Assembly: GCA_963812155.1 (NCBI GenBank)
Contig: CAWETW010000003.1
Location: 1 to 64,000, forward strand
Reading direction: 5' to 3'
Origin: Vulcanimicrobiota bacterium
GTDB taxonomy: Bacteria > Vulcanimicrobiota > Vulcanimicrobiia > Vulcanimicrobiales > Vulcanimicrobiaceae
Length of the DNA: 64,000 nucleotides
Below are positions 11,153 to 20,474 of this stretch, piece by piece. The translations under genes and the position numbers were made by a program. The notes beneath the pieces are model-generated. The model had not been told where the DNA came from. It searched no databases and was given only the letters and a program-made list of their open reading frames with translations. Numbering within the stretch: the first letter of the stretch is position 1; each line of letters starts with the position of its first letter.

Positions 11153-11988
11153 CTACCTTGGCGGCGTGCTCGCCGGCGGGCTTGCCGCGGGTGAAGCCGT
11201 CGCTCCGGCGTTTGCAGGCGCCGGCGCGTTCGACGACGTCATCGGCAGCCCGAGCTTCACGCACATCGGACTTCACGTTGGCGTTTTCCGACGCGCAACC
11301 CGCGTTGAGATCGTTCATCAGCTGGTTGATGACGCGATCGAGTGCGTCGCGGGTGGTCGTGGCATCGTTGACCGGCGGAATCGGAGAGGCGCCGTTCGGG
11401 CTCGCAAGCGCGAAAGCCGCGAAATCGACGGCGTTGATGTCGTGCGGATTGAGCGCGAGAACGCTCGCGGCCACCGTTTCGACGCGCACGCCGTTGCGCG
11501 ATCCGTAGCCGGTCAAGTTCCCTGAAATCCACGTAATCGTCGGTTTTTTGAAACCGGCGCCTTGGCACGACACGATTTGCGCGCTCGCGCTGACCTTGGC
11601 CCAGCCGTGCGACCAGAGAAAGAACGGATCGGTCGCAGTGGCGGTGTTGGTGCCTTCCAATGATCAAGCCGCCGAGCGTCTGCGGCGCGCGCGCGTTGGA
11701 AAGATTCGGATCGTTCAAGCATTGATCGCCGAGATCGTTCGGGCCCCACGAGAGCCGCGGAACCACCCACACCGACCCCGGCCCGCTGGTGCGGTCGAAC
11801 AGCGCTTGCAGCGTGTTGGCGACCATGTGCGCGAGTGCGGCGACGCTGGAGTCGTTTCCGGGCGCGAGCACGTAGAACGTTGGTGCGCCTGCGGCGAGTT
11901 CGTTATCGGCGCGTGCTGCGGCGCCTCCGTACAATAGCAGGCCCGCGGACATTATGAGGGCCACCCCGGCTCTGGCGAAATGTCTCAT
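11153..11988 (-). CDS. Secreted hypothetical protein (frameshifted)
   Basis: Signal peptide MRHFARAGVALIMSAGLLLYGGAAARA; continues in ORF 10806..11660 and ends in a Pro/Ala-rich tail ...ASPPASTPPR*. Confidence 0.6.
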
Positions 11989-12065
11989 GTGGCGCAAAGT
12001 TACCGGGCGGAAGCAGAGTTTCCTGTGCGAGGGGGGCGAGGATGCAGCGAGCGAAGAGCGTTGCG

Positions 12066-13537
12066 ATGCATTCGCGGTCGCCGGAAATCTCGTACGCGGG
12101 ACGTCTCGCGCAGGAACGCAGACGTTTCGATACCGTTTCCGAGTTCGACGACCTTCCGCCGATCTATCACTATTGGTCGAATACGTTCGTGCGCGCGATG
12201 CTCGAGCGTCTCGGATGCCGGTCCGCACCCGACGTTTCTCGCCAAGTTCTTACGCGAGAGCGCGTTGCGATCCGAGGCGAAAAGCCCGTGTTTCTCAGCA
12301 TCGGTTCGGGCGACGGCAACAACGAGGTCGAAATCGCGCAGCTCCTGCAAGCCGGCGGCCTCGACGATTTTCGCATCGATTGCCTCGAGCTCAATCCCAT
12401 CCTGATCAAACGGGCTACCGAAGACGCGCGCGGCGCGGGATTGTCGTCGCACCTCAATTTCTTACGCGGCGATTTCAATAAATGGCGGCCGCGCCGCCGC
12501 TACGACGGCGTCGTAGCGAATCAATCGCTCCACCACGTCACGAATCTCGAAGGGTTGTTCGACGCCGTGCGCGACGCGCTGGCTCCGGGCGCGTTCTTCG
12601 TCGCAAACGACGTCATCGGAAGAAACGGCCATCAACGCTGGCCGGAGGCTCGCCACTTCGTCGAGCGATTCTGGCGCAAGCTGCCGCGCTCGCATCGCTT
12701 TCACCATCAGTTCCGGCGCTACGAAGACGCCTTCACCGACTGGGACTGCTCGGCGGTCGGGCTTCGAAGGAATCCGCGCGCAAGACGTTCTCCCGCTGCT
12801 GATCGAGCGATTTCGCTTTCACGTCTTCGTCGGCTACGGAAACGCGATCGATCCGTTCGTCGACCGCGGGCTCGGTCCGAACTTCGACGCCGCGGCGCCG
12901 CTGGGACCGGACGTTCGTCGATTGCGTGCACGCGTGCGACGAGCGCGCGCTGCTCGCCGGATATCTCACGCCCACGCACATGATGGCCGTCATGGCGCGC
13001 GAGCCGGCCGAACAACCGTACTACGCGCGCGGTCTCTCGCCCGAAGCGTCGGTGCGGCCTCCCGAGCGCGTCGTTACGCGAGGCGGAGCTCGAAGCCGCC
13101 GATCGCGCGCTCTCGATGTATTTCGACGTTCCGCCGGTCGCACCCGACGACGGAGCGTACGCGCGCTTGCCGCTCGTCGGCTGCGTCGCTCAGCGCGGCG
13201 CCGCGTGCGGCGGATATGACGACGGATGGGCCGGCGCGACGCTCCAGTTCGCGATCGTTCCCGAGCGCGACGTGTCGCGCTTTACCGTGCACGCGACCGT
13301 TCCCGAAGGCGTCGCGCCGGATACCGAACTTGAGCGTCGCCGTCGACGGAAATCGCGTTGCGGCGACGCCCGCCGCGGGCGCGGTCAGGATCGATTGTCC
13401 GGTCGCGTTGCGGTGCGGACAGCGCGCGAATATCGCGCTCGCCTCCGAGCGCAACGATCAATCTGAAGCGTTCCGGGCTCGGCGACGACGAGCGCGATCT
13501 CGGCTTCCACCTCGACGACATTGTCTTCGAACCTTAG
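12066..13537 (+). CDS. Class I SAM-dependent methyltransferase with a C-terminal beta-sandwich-like domain (frameshifted)
   Basis: LPPIYHYWSN, FLSIGSGDG (motif I), DCLELN, GDFN, YDGVVANQSLHHV; terminal ...DDERDLGFHLDDIVFEP*. Confidence 0.85.
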
Positions 13538-14330
13538 ACGTATTCGCCGAGAGAGTCGCGATGCCGGTTGAAATACATCGAGCGCCAAGAAGTCAGCAGA
13601 ATCGACGCTGAAGGCGCTCGCGAAGAGCAGGTCGCGCCAGCTCGGCGGAACGCCGTAGTAGAAGACATTTTGATACGCACGAAATGAGCGCCGCTACCGG
13701 ACTCTACTTTACGAGGAACTGCAGATTCGGCGGAACGACGAAGCGCACGTAAAAGATCGGCGTAAGAAAGAAGACGGCGAGCAGCGCGTACGCCACGAGC
13801 TGCTGCATGTCGCGATAGAACACGTTTACGGTCGCGACCACGAACGCAAAATCCGAGCGTCATAATCAGTTCGATTAGTGGCCAAGCAGCGGCAAGAAAC
13901 AGCAACGCCCACCAGATCGGAACGCCGAAGGCGAAGCTTACGGGAAAGAGCAAGACGATCGTAATGAGGAAGTTGACGCCGTTGGAGAGCACCGGAACCA
14001 TGACGAGAATTTCGGTCGGCATCAGCGTCTTGCCGACGTAGGTCCGGCCGTCGATGATCGACGTCCAACCGATTGCGCGATTGCTTGCGATATCCACATC
14101 CACGGGATCATGCCGCTCAACAAGTAGAGCAGGAAATGCATGTATCGCTTGCTTCAGGTAGATCGAAAAGACGAGCGTGTAGATCGAGCATGAAGATGAT
14201 CGGATTGAGCAGCGTCCACGCGAACCCGAAGAACGATCCGCGGTAGCGCAGGATGACGTCGTACTTGACCAGCTCGTAGAGCAGCCAGCGATAGCGCACG
14301 ATGGACGTTCAGACTCGACGAAACGCTCAC
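13534..14330 (-). CDS. wzm: Polysaccharide ABC transporter permease (Wzm/TagG-like) (heavily frameshifted)
   Basis: LVKYDVILRYRGSFFGFAWTLLNP, VNVFYRDMQQL, FFLTPIFY, FNRHRDSLGEYV; GTG at 14330 overlaps the rmlA-like stop. Confidence 0.85.
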
Positions 14331-15086
14331 GACGCACCTCGGCTTTCTCGCGCGGCGCCTTTTCGATCGCGGCGCAGCTGCGCGACGAGCGAGCCGGCGC
14401 GATAGAGCGACTCGAACTGTCCGGCGTCGGCCCACCAGCCGTCGAGGACGTCATAGCGAAGCTCGCCCGCCTCAATGTACGCATTGTTGACGTCGGTTAT
14501 CTCTAGCTCGCCTCGATCCGAAGGGACGAGGCGGCGGCAAAAATCGAAGACCTTAAAGTCGTACATGTAAATTCCGGTGACGGCGTAGCGGCTCTTGGGC
14601 TGCGATGGTTTCTCCTCGATGCGCACTATCCTGTCTCCGTCGAGCTGCGGACACCCGAAGCGCTGCGGATCCGTCACCTCCTTGAGAAGAATTCGCGCTC
14701 CTGCTTCCTGCTGCTCGAACGCGCGCACGTACGGCAGGATCGAGTCCTGCACGATGTTGTCTCCCAAGATCACGACGATGCGCTCGCCGTCGGCGAAGTG
14801 TTCGCACAGCGAAAGGGCGTCGGCGATGCCGCCTTCGCCGTCTTGATAGGTGTAGAAGATGTCTTTGAGGCCGAAGTTCTCGCCCGTTGCCAAGCAAGCG
14901 AAGAAAATCGCCGGCGGAGTTTCCGCCGGTTACGATCATGATGTCCGAGATGCCGGCGTCGCAGAGCGTTTCGATGGGATAGTAGATCATCGGCTTGTCG
15001 TAGATCGGCAGCAGATGCTTATTGGTGACCTTCGTCAGAGGACGCAGCCGCGTACCGAGCCCGCCCGCGAGAATAACGCCTTTCAC
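14327..15086 (-). CDS. rfbA: Glucose-1-phosphate thymidylyltransferase (RmlA/SpsI-like short form) (one frameshift near 14890)
   Basis: MKGVILAGGLGTRLRPLTKVTNKHLLPIYDKPMI, LGDN, EEKP, AVTGIY, RGELEITD, WWADAG. Confidence 0.9.
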
Positions 15087-15112
15087 TTTATCGAATCCTT
15101 ATCACGAGGACA

Positions 15113-16133
15113 CTAGCGGCGCGCGTACTGGCGGTCGTAGTAGGCGGCGAACTCCGCGTCGCGCAGCGGACGCCACCACGAGTCGTTTTCCTGATACCAG
15201 CGGACCGTCTCGGTCAGGCCGCGCTCGAAGGGCATGCGAGGTTCCCATCCCAGCGCGCGCGCTTTGCGGGTGTCGATCGCATAGCGGCGGTCGTGGCCGG
15301 CCCGGTCTTCGACATGCCTCACGTGCGTCTGCATCGTGCGGCCGCACGCTTCGACGAGGCGCCGCGTGATCTCGATATTCGTATGCGGGTTGCCGCCGCC
15401 GAGGTTGTACACGTTTCCGATTTCGCCGCGGTCGAGGACGTGCAGGATGCCGCGCGCGTGATCCTCGACGTGCAGCCAATCGCGAATCTGCAGGCCGTCG
15501 CCGTAGACGGGTACGGGCTGGTCGTCGATGAGATTGGTCACGAACAGCGGTATCAGCTTTTCCGGGAATTGATACGGGTCCGTAGGTGTTCGATCCGCGC
15601 GTAATCAGTACGGGCGCCGCAAACGTCGTCAAATACGCGAGCACCTGCAGGTCGCCTCCGGCCTTGCTGGCGCTGTACGGGCTGCGCGGGCGCAACGCGT
15701 CGGATTCCGACGACTCGCCGTCGGAGACGTCGCCGTACACTTCGTCGGTGGAGACTTGGACGTAGCGCCGAATTCCACGTTCGCGCACCGCTTCGAGCAG
15801 CACGTGCGTTCCGAGGATATCGGTTCGCAGGAACGCTTCCGGCTCGAGAATCGAACGGTCGACGTGGGTTTCTGCGGCAAAGTTGACGATCGCGTCGACC
15901 CCGTCGCCGATCGCATCGGCAACCGCGACGGGGTCGCAGATGTTGCCGCGGACGAATCGGTAACGCGGATCGCCGTCGATCTCGCGCAAGTTTGCGATAT
16001 TTCCGGCGTACGTGACCGCGTCGAAGTTAACGACCCCTACGGCAGGCCGTTCCTTCAGCACCAAACGGATGAAGGCGGACCCGATAAATCCTAGTCCGCC
16101 CGTCACGAGAATACGGTTCAGCTTCAGCGTCAT
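15113..16133 (-). CDS. rfbB: dTDP-glucose 4,6-dehydratase (one frameshift near 15570)
   Basis: VTGGLGFIGS, TYAGN, AAETHVDRSI, VSTDEVYG, PYSASKA, YGDGLQIRDWLHVEDH, DRAGHDRRY. Confidence 0.95.
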
Positions 16134-16181
16134 AACAACACCCGCTACGCGCGTTCTTCGGCCGGTGACAGAACCCTGCAC

Positions 16182-17051
16182 TTACGATTGCGCGTCGGCA
16201 AAGGCGCGCGCAAGACTGTCGCGATAATTGCCGGTGCGCCGGCCCGGGGGATCGAGACGCGGTCCGCGGTCGGCACGCATCGCGCGAAGGCCCAGCAGAT
16301 TGTCACGATCGATCGGCAGCGCGACGTGCAGTGCGCCGGCCGCGGTAACGGCGAGCCCGGCGGCCCAAAACGGAATCGCGACGAATCGCACGCGCACGCG
16401 CATGCGATCGGCGAGTGCGGCGTAGAACTCGCGATAGGTCACCGGCTCCTCCTCGGCAACGGTATAGCTTCCGGTCGCGCCGCGCTCGACGCCGTCGCAA
16501 ATCGCGTCGACGAGATCCTCTACGTAGACGGTCTGCACCGGCTGACGCCCGCCGTCGATCAACGGTACGATGCGATGGTCGCGCAGATACGCGCACGTCG
16601 CACCAAAGAGTCCGCCGTTGCCGAGCACCAAACCCGGGCGCACGACCAGAGCGCCGAGCGCGCCAAGCCGCTTCTCGAGTTCGTATTTTTGCTTACCGTA
16701 CGAGGAGAGTGCGTCCGCGTGTGCGGCCAGACTCGAAAGAAAGACGATGCGCCGAACCCCGCATCGCGCCGCGCGTTCGCAGAGCAGCATCGTCCCGGCG
16801 ACGTTGCGGTCGTAGTCGCGCTTGGCGTACGCGGCATGCACGAGCACGCCGGCGCCTTCGAAGAGTTCGTCGGGCAGCTGGCGCCATCCGAGATCGTAGG
16901 CGCGCCACTCGAAACGATTCGCCGGCGGGCGGCGCGGTCCGCAGCCGATCGCGCGCCAGCCCCGTGCGTCGAAACCGCGCAGCAGCGCGCTGCCGATGAA
17001 GCCGCCACCTCCGGTGACGAGGACGCCTCGTCGCTGCAGAGTTTCCGTCAC
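16182..17051 (-). CDS. NAD-dependent epimerase/dehydratase (extended SDR)
   Basis: VLVTGGGGFIG, HAA, FLSS, YGKQK (YxxxK), RPGLVLG; GTG at 17051 overlaps the GMC stop. Confidence 0.85.
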   Translation of the reverse strand: MTETLQRRGVLVTGGGGFIGSALLRGFDARGWRAIGCGPRRPPANRFEWRAYDLGWRQLPDELFEGAGVLVHAAYAKRDYDRNVAGTMLLCERAARCGVRRIVFLSSLAAHADALSSYGKQKYELEKRLGALGALVVRPGLVLGNGGLFGATCAYLRDHRIVPLIDGGRQPVQTVYVEDLVDAICDGVERGATGSYTVAEEEPVTYREFYAALADRMRVRVRFVAIPFWAAGLAVTAAGALHVALPIDRDNLLGLRAMRADRGPRLDPPGRRTGNYRDSLARAFADAQS

Positions 17052-18649
17052 CGGCGCGCGGCGATTCCGGCGGCGACGCGATGCGCGTTGGCCATGAGCG
17101 AAAGCGTCACCGGTTTGGCGGGGAGAAACGTGAAACCGGATGCATCGGCGACGAAGACGTTGCGCGCACCGTGCAAACGCCCATCGGGCGCGAGGGTGAA
17201 CGGACGCTCGTCTTGGGCGAACGGTAGCGTGCCGGCATAGTGAAGACTCGATCCCAGCGGCGGATGAACGCGGCGAAGCGGCCACGCGCCGAGCGTGCGA
17301 AGAACGCTTGCGAATCCGCGTTCGCGTGCGCGGTGATCGCGGCGCTCCGCCTCGGTGAGTTCGTACGCGATGGCGAGGCGGTCGCCGGTCGGCGACGAGC
17401 TGTCGGGCTCGCGCCACACGTGCTTTCCTTCGGTCCGATCCTGCGGATGATCGAAGCCGGCAATGATGAACCCCGAAAGCAGGTATTGCATGAGCGTGCG
17501 CGCGTCGCGCACGCCGAGCGGCATCTCGCGCAGCAAACGGAACAGCAGCAGTGAGCGATACGAAAAAATGGTGCCGACGGCAATGTCTGCGCTCGCGCGT
17601 TGGTGAAAGAGCGCGAGTTGCGTGAGACTCTGCGCGTGCTCCGGCATCGAACGTCCCAGCCTCCCGGGCACCAGCGACGGCACGTAGGTATAGTCGTTGC
17701 AGAGCAACGGCAGGCGCGCATCCGCGCCGTTCGAACGCAGCACGATCCGCGCGCTGCCCAACACTCCGGCGGCGAGCACGAGGCGTCGGCAGGAATACCG
17801 GCGGGGCGTGCCGTCGCGAAGGTCGAGAGCGTCGATCGTAATGCCGTCTGCCGTTTCGTCGAAACGCGCGACCAGCGCGCCGCCGTGGTAGGCGAAGTTC
17901 GGGTGAACCATTAGGCGCGCGATCGTCGTTGCGGGACGCCACGCCGCGCCGTCGTCGCTATAGAACTCCATGTCGCGCAGACTCGTCGCCGCGCGATCGT
18001 CCTTCGGTTGCGTCAGCAGCGCCAGCGCGGGACGGCCGAGCACGTAGCCACGCGCGTTGACGGCATCGCGCCGGCTGCGGTAACGCTCGGCGAGCAATGC
18101 GGCCGTCGGATCGAGCGGCGGCGGCGGCTGAATGCGCGCGAGGTCGCCGACGGTAAAACGGCGCGCGTCGTCGTCGGCGCCGCAGATGCCGATGCGGTCG
18201 GCGACGATTTGGTAGGCGTCGCGCATCGGCGCTTGCGGAAGCGACGCGCGTTCGAGTTCGGCCGGCGCGTACAGGCCGCACATCAAGCCCCACCCTGCCG
18301 CCAGGCCGCCGAATGCGAGGCTTTCGAGCGGCGCGAACGAGCCGGAGGCAAGCGCCAGCAGTTCGCCGGTGCGTTCGACGATGTAACGCCGCGGGGGCGT
18401 CAGCTGTGCGCCGGCCCCGACCCTGCCGAACGCCGCGCTTTCAAACCGTTCGCCCAGCAGATACCGGTATTGACCGGGGTCGGTGCGCCGTATCTCAACG
18501 AACGTTTGATGCGGAATGAGGCTCGCGTAACGGTCGTCGCGTATGCCCGCATCGAGCATGGCGACGCGCGCTCCTGCCTCGATCAGCGTTTGCGCCGCCA
18601 TCGCGCCGGATGCGCCCGAACCGACGACGATGCAGTCGAAATCGCTCAC
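17048..18649 (-). CDS. GMC-family FAD-dependent oxidoreductase
   Basis: IVVGSGASG dinucleotide fold, FGGLAAGWG, LAAGVLGS, SSLHYAGT, NVFVADASGF, TLSLMANAHR. Confidence 0.85.
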   Translation of the reverse strand: MSDFDCIVVGSGASGAMAAQTLIEAGARVAMLDAGIRDDRYASLIPHQTFVEIRRTDPGQYRYLLGERFESAAFGRVGAGAQLTPPRRYIVERTGELLALASGSFAPLESLAFGGLAAGWGLMCGLYAPAELERASLPQAPMRDAYQIVADRIGICGADDDARRFTVGDLARIQPPPPLDPTAALLAERYRSRRDAVNARGYVLGRPALALLTQPKDDRAATSLRDMEFYSDDGAAWRPATTIARLMVHPNFAYHGGALVARFDETADGITIDALDLRDGTPRRYSCRRLVLAAGVLGSARIVLRSNGADARLPLLCNDYTYVPSLVPGRLGRSMPEHAQSLTQLALFHQRASADIAVGTIFSYRSLLLFRLLREMPLGVRDARTLMQYLLSGFIIAGFDHPQDRTEGKHVWREPDSSSPTGDRLAIAYELTEAERRDHRARERGFASVLRTLGAWPLRRVHPPLGSSLHYAGTLPFAQDERPFTLAPDGRLHGARNVFVADASGFTFLPAKPVTLSLMANAHRVAAGIAARR

Positions 18650-19020
18650 CGAACGAACGGAAGCAGCAGCATTCCGAACGCGGCGAGGACGCCGGCGCGC
18701 GCGACCGCGCCCCCGACCGCCAGCGCGTCGCGGGCAGATCGGTCGCGCGGAAGAAAGTCGTCGCAATACTCCGGCCGCGTTTCGAGAACGGCCGCCATCA
18801 GCAAGAGTTTCTTGCGCAGCAGCGCGTCGGCTTGCAGCAGCGCGAGCGCACCGTCGAGCGGCGCGATCGACCACGGCTCGCGCACGGCGAACCGTGTGAT
18901 GCGATCCGTTCCGTCGTACGCCAGCGCGCGGGCGGCGTTATCGTAGGCTTCGCACGACGCGGCATCGATATCGCGGCCGAGAAGATAACGGCCGAACGAG
19001 GCGGCTTCGTCGCTCGACAT
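18646..19020 (-). CDS. Hypothetical protein with a C-terminal hydrophobic segment
   Basis: 124-aa ORF translationally coupled to the GMC gene. Confidence 0.65.
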   Translation of the reverse strand: MSSDEAASFGRYLLGRDIDAASCEAYDNAARALAYDGTDRITRFAVREPWSIAPLDGALALLQADALLRKKLLLMAAVLETRPEYCDDFLPRDRSARDALAVGGAVARAGVLAAFGMLLLPFVR

Positions 19021-19055
19021 GAAATGGTCTTTGCCAATCGAATCCGGAGGGACCT

Positions 19056-20468
19056 CTGAAGAAATCCGCGCTCAGATCGATCGCACCGCTGCGGCGCCAC
19101 GCGCTGGGCGCGGCCTTCACGCTGCTCGTGGCGGCGACGGTTCGTTTGCCGGCCCTCGCGGCGACCGCCGGCACGCAGACGTGGCTGGTCGTTAGCGACG
19201 TGCATCTCGATCCGTTCGATCGCCGGTCGCGTCCGAGTCTCTTCGGCAGCGACACGAACGTCGCGCTCTTTCGCTCGGCGCTGGCGGAGATGCGCCGGCG
19301 CGTTCCGGATCCGGCAGCCGTGCTGTTGCCCGGCGATTTTTTTGCACACGATTTAACCGGCCGCGTGCGACGCGCCGACGGATCCGACGGAAGTGCGGCC
19401 GGCGTCGAAACGATGCGCTTCATCGCCGCCGCCTTCGCGCAAGCATATCCGCGGGCGCGATTCGCGGTCGCGCTGGGCAACAACGACGCGCCCTGCGGCG
19501 ACTATCACACGGCCTTCGGCTCGCCCTTCGCACAGGCGATCGCCCGCATCTGGGAACCGCTGGTGAATCGCGGAAGCGCGGCTCCGGACTTCACCGCGTC
19601 CTTCGTGACGAACGGCTCGTACGTCGCGGCCGCGCCGTTGCGCGGAACGCGGTTCGTCGTGTTCGACGACGTCTCGCTGTCGGCGATGTATCTCGGCAAC
19701 TGTCCGCCGATCGCGAGCGCCGGCCCCGAAGCGCAAACCGCATGGCTGCGCGCGACCCTCGCGGCGACGCCGCCCGGCACGGCCAACATCGTGCTGATGC
19801 ACGTCCCGATCGGGTACGACGCGTTTTCGACCGAGCTCACGCGCGGATACTTTCCATGGCCGTTTCTCGAAGCCGGTGCGAACGGCCGGCTCGTCTCCGC
19901 ATTCTCCAACGGCGCGAACCGCGTCGCGTTCGTCGTCGCCGGCCACGCCCACCGTTTCGATTTTCGGCTTGCGGGCGAAGTGCCCGTGATCGTATTCGGC
20001 TCGCTCTCGCCCGTCTATCACAACAACCCGGCGTTTTACGCCCTCGACGTCGGCCCCGGCGCCGAGCCCCGCGACGTGCGCGCATTTGCGTTCGACGAGT
20101 GGACGCAGTCGTGGCAGCCGGCGCGCAGTTTCGGTGCCAAGTGGCAAACCGCATCGCTGGATGCGGCGGCCTTGCGCGGTCTCCACGAGCGGTTGGCGAG
20201 CGACGCGGCGTTGCGCCATGCGTGGGACGCCGCATCGAGCGGATGGCCCTCGAACTGGGCCATTGCGTGGGGCGCGTGGGGCGGCGCCTGGCGAATTCCG
20301 TGGTGCGCGCAACGTTATTCCGGCGACGGCTTCGCCGCTTGTGCGGGCCTCGTCGCGCGCGCCGAAGTTCTGCGCGCATTTATGGCCGCAATCGCGCTCG
20401 CCGCCGGCGCGGCGATTGCAGGCATCGCGCTCATTCCCGCGCGTCCCTCGCGCTCGAAGCGGCCCTAA
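19056..20468 (+). CDS. Exported metallophosphoesterase (acid sphingomyelinase/PPN1-like) with a C-terminal membrane anchor
   Basis: Calcineurin-like motifs SDVHLD, PGDFFAH, GNND, LMH, AGHAH. The frame is open upstream of 19128 to a CTG at 19056 preceded by GGAGG. Confidence 0.8.
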   Translation: MKKSALRSIAPLRRHALGAAFTLLVAATVRLPALAATAGTQTWLVVSDVHLDPFDRRSRPSLFGSDTNVALFRSALAEMRRRVPDPAAVLLPGDFFAHDLTGRVRRADGSDGSAAGVETMRFIAAAFAQAYPRARFAVALGNNDAPCGDYHTAFGSPFAQAIARIWEPLVNRGSAAPDFTASFVTNGSYVAAAPLRGTRFVVFDDVSLSAMYLGNCPPIASAGPEAQTAWLRATLAATPPGTANIVLMHVPIGYDAFSTELTRGYFPWPFLEAGANGRLVSAFSNGANRVAFVVAGHAHRFDFRLAGEVPVIVFGSLSPVYHNNPAFYALDVGPGAEPRDVRAFAFDEWTQSWQPARSFGAKWQTASLDAAALRGLHERLASDAALRHAWDAASSGWPSNWAIAWGAWGGAWRIPWCAQRYSGDGFAACAGLVARAEVLRAFMAAIALAAGAAIAGIALIPARPSRSKRP

Positions 20469-20474
20469 CGCTGC

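Noticed and set aside
10806..11660. Apparent overlap or fusion of the secreted hypothetical protein with the GT2 gene
   Set aside because: Caused by a frameshift near 11260; the repaired gene ends at 11153.
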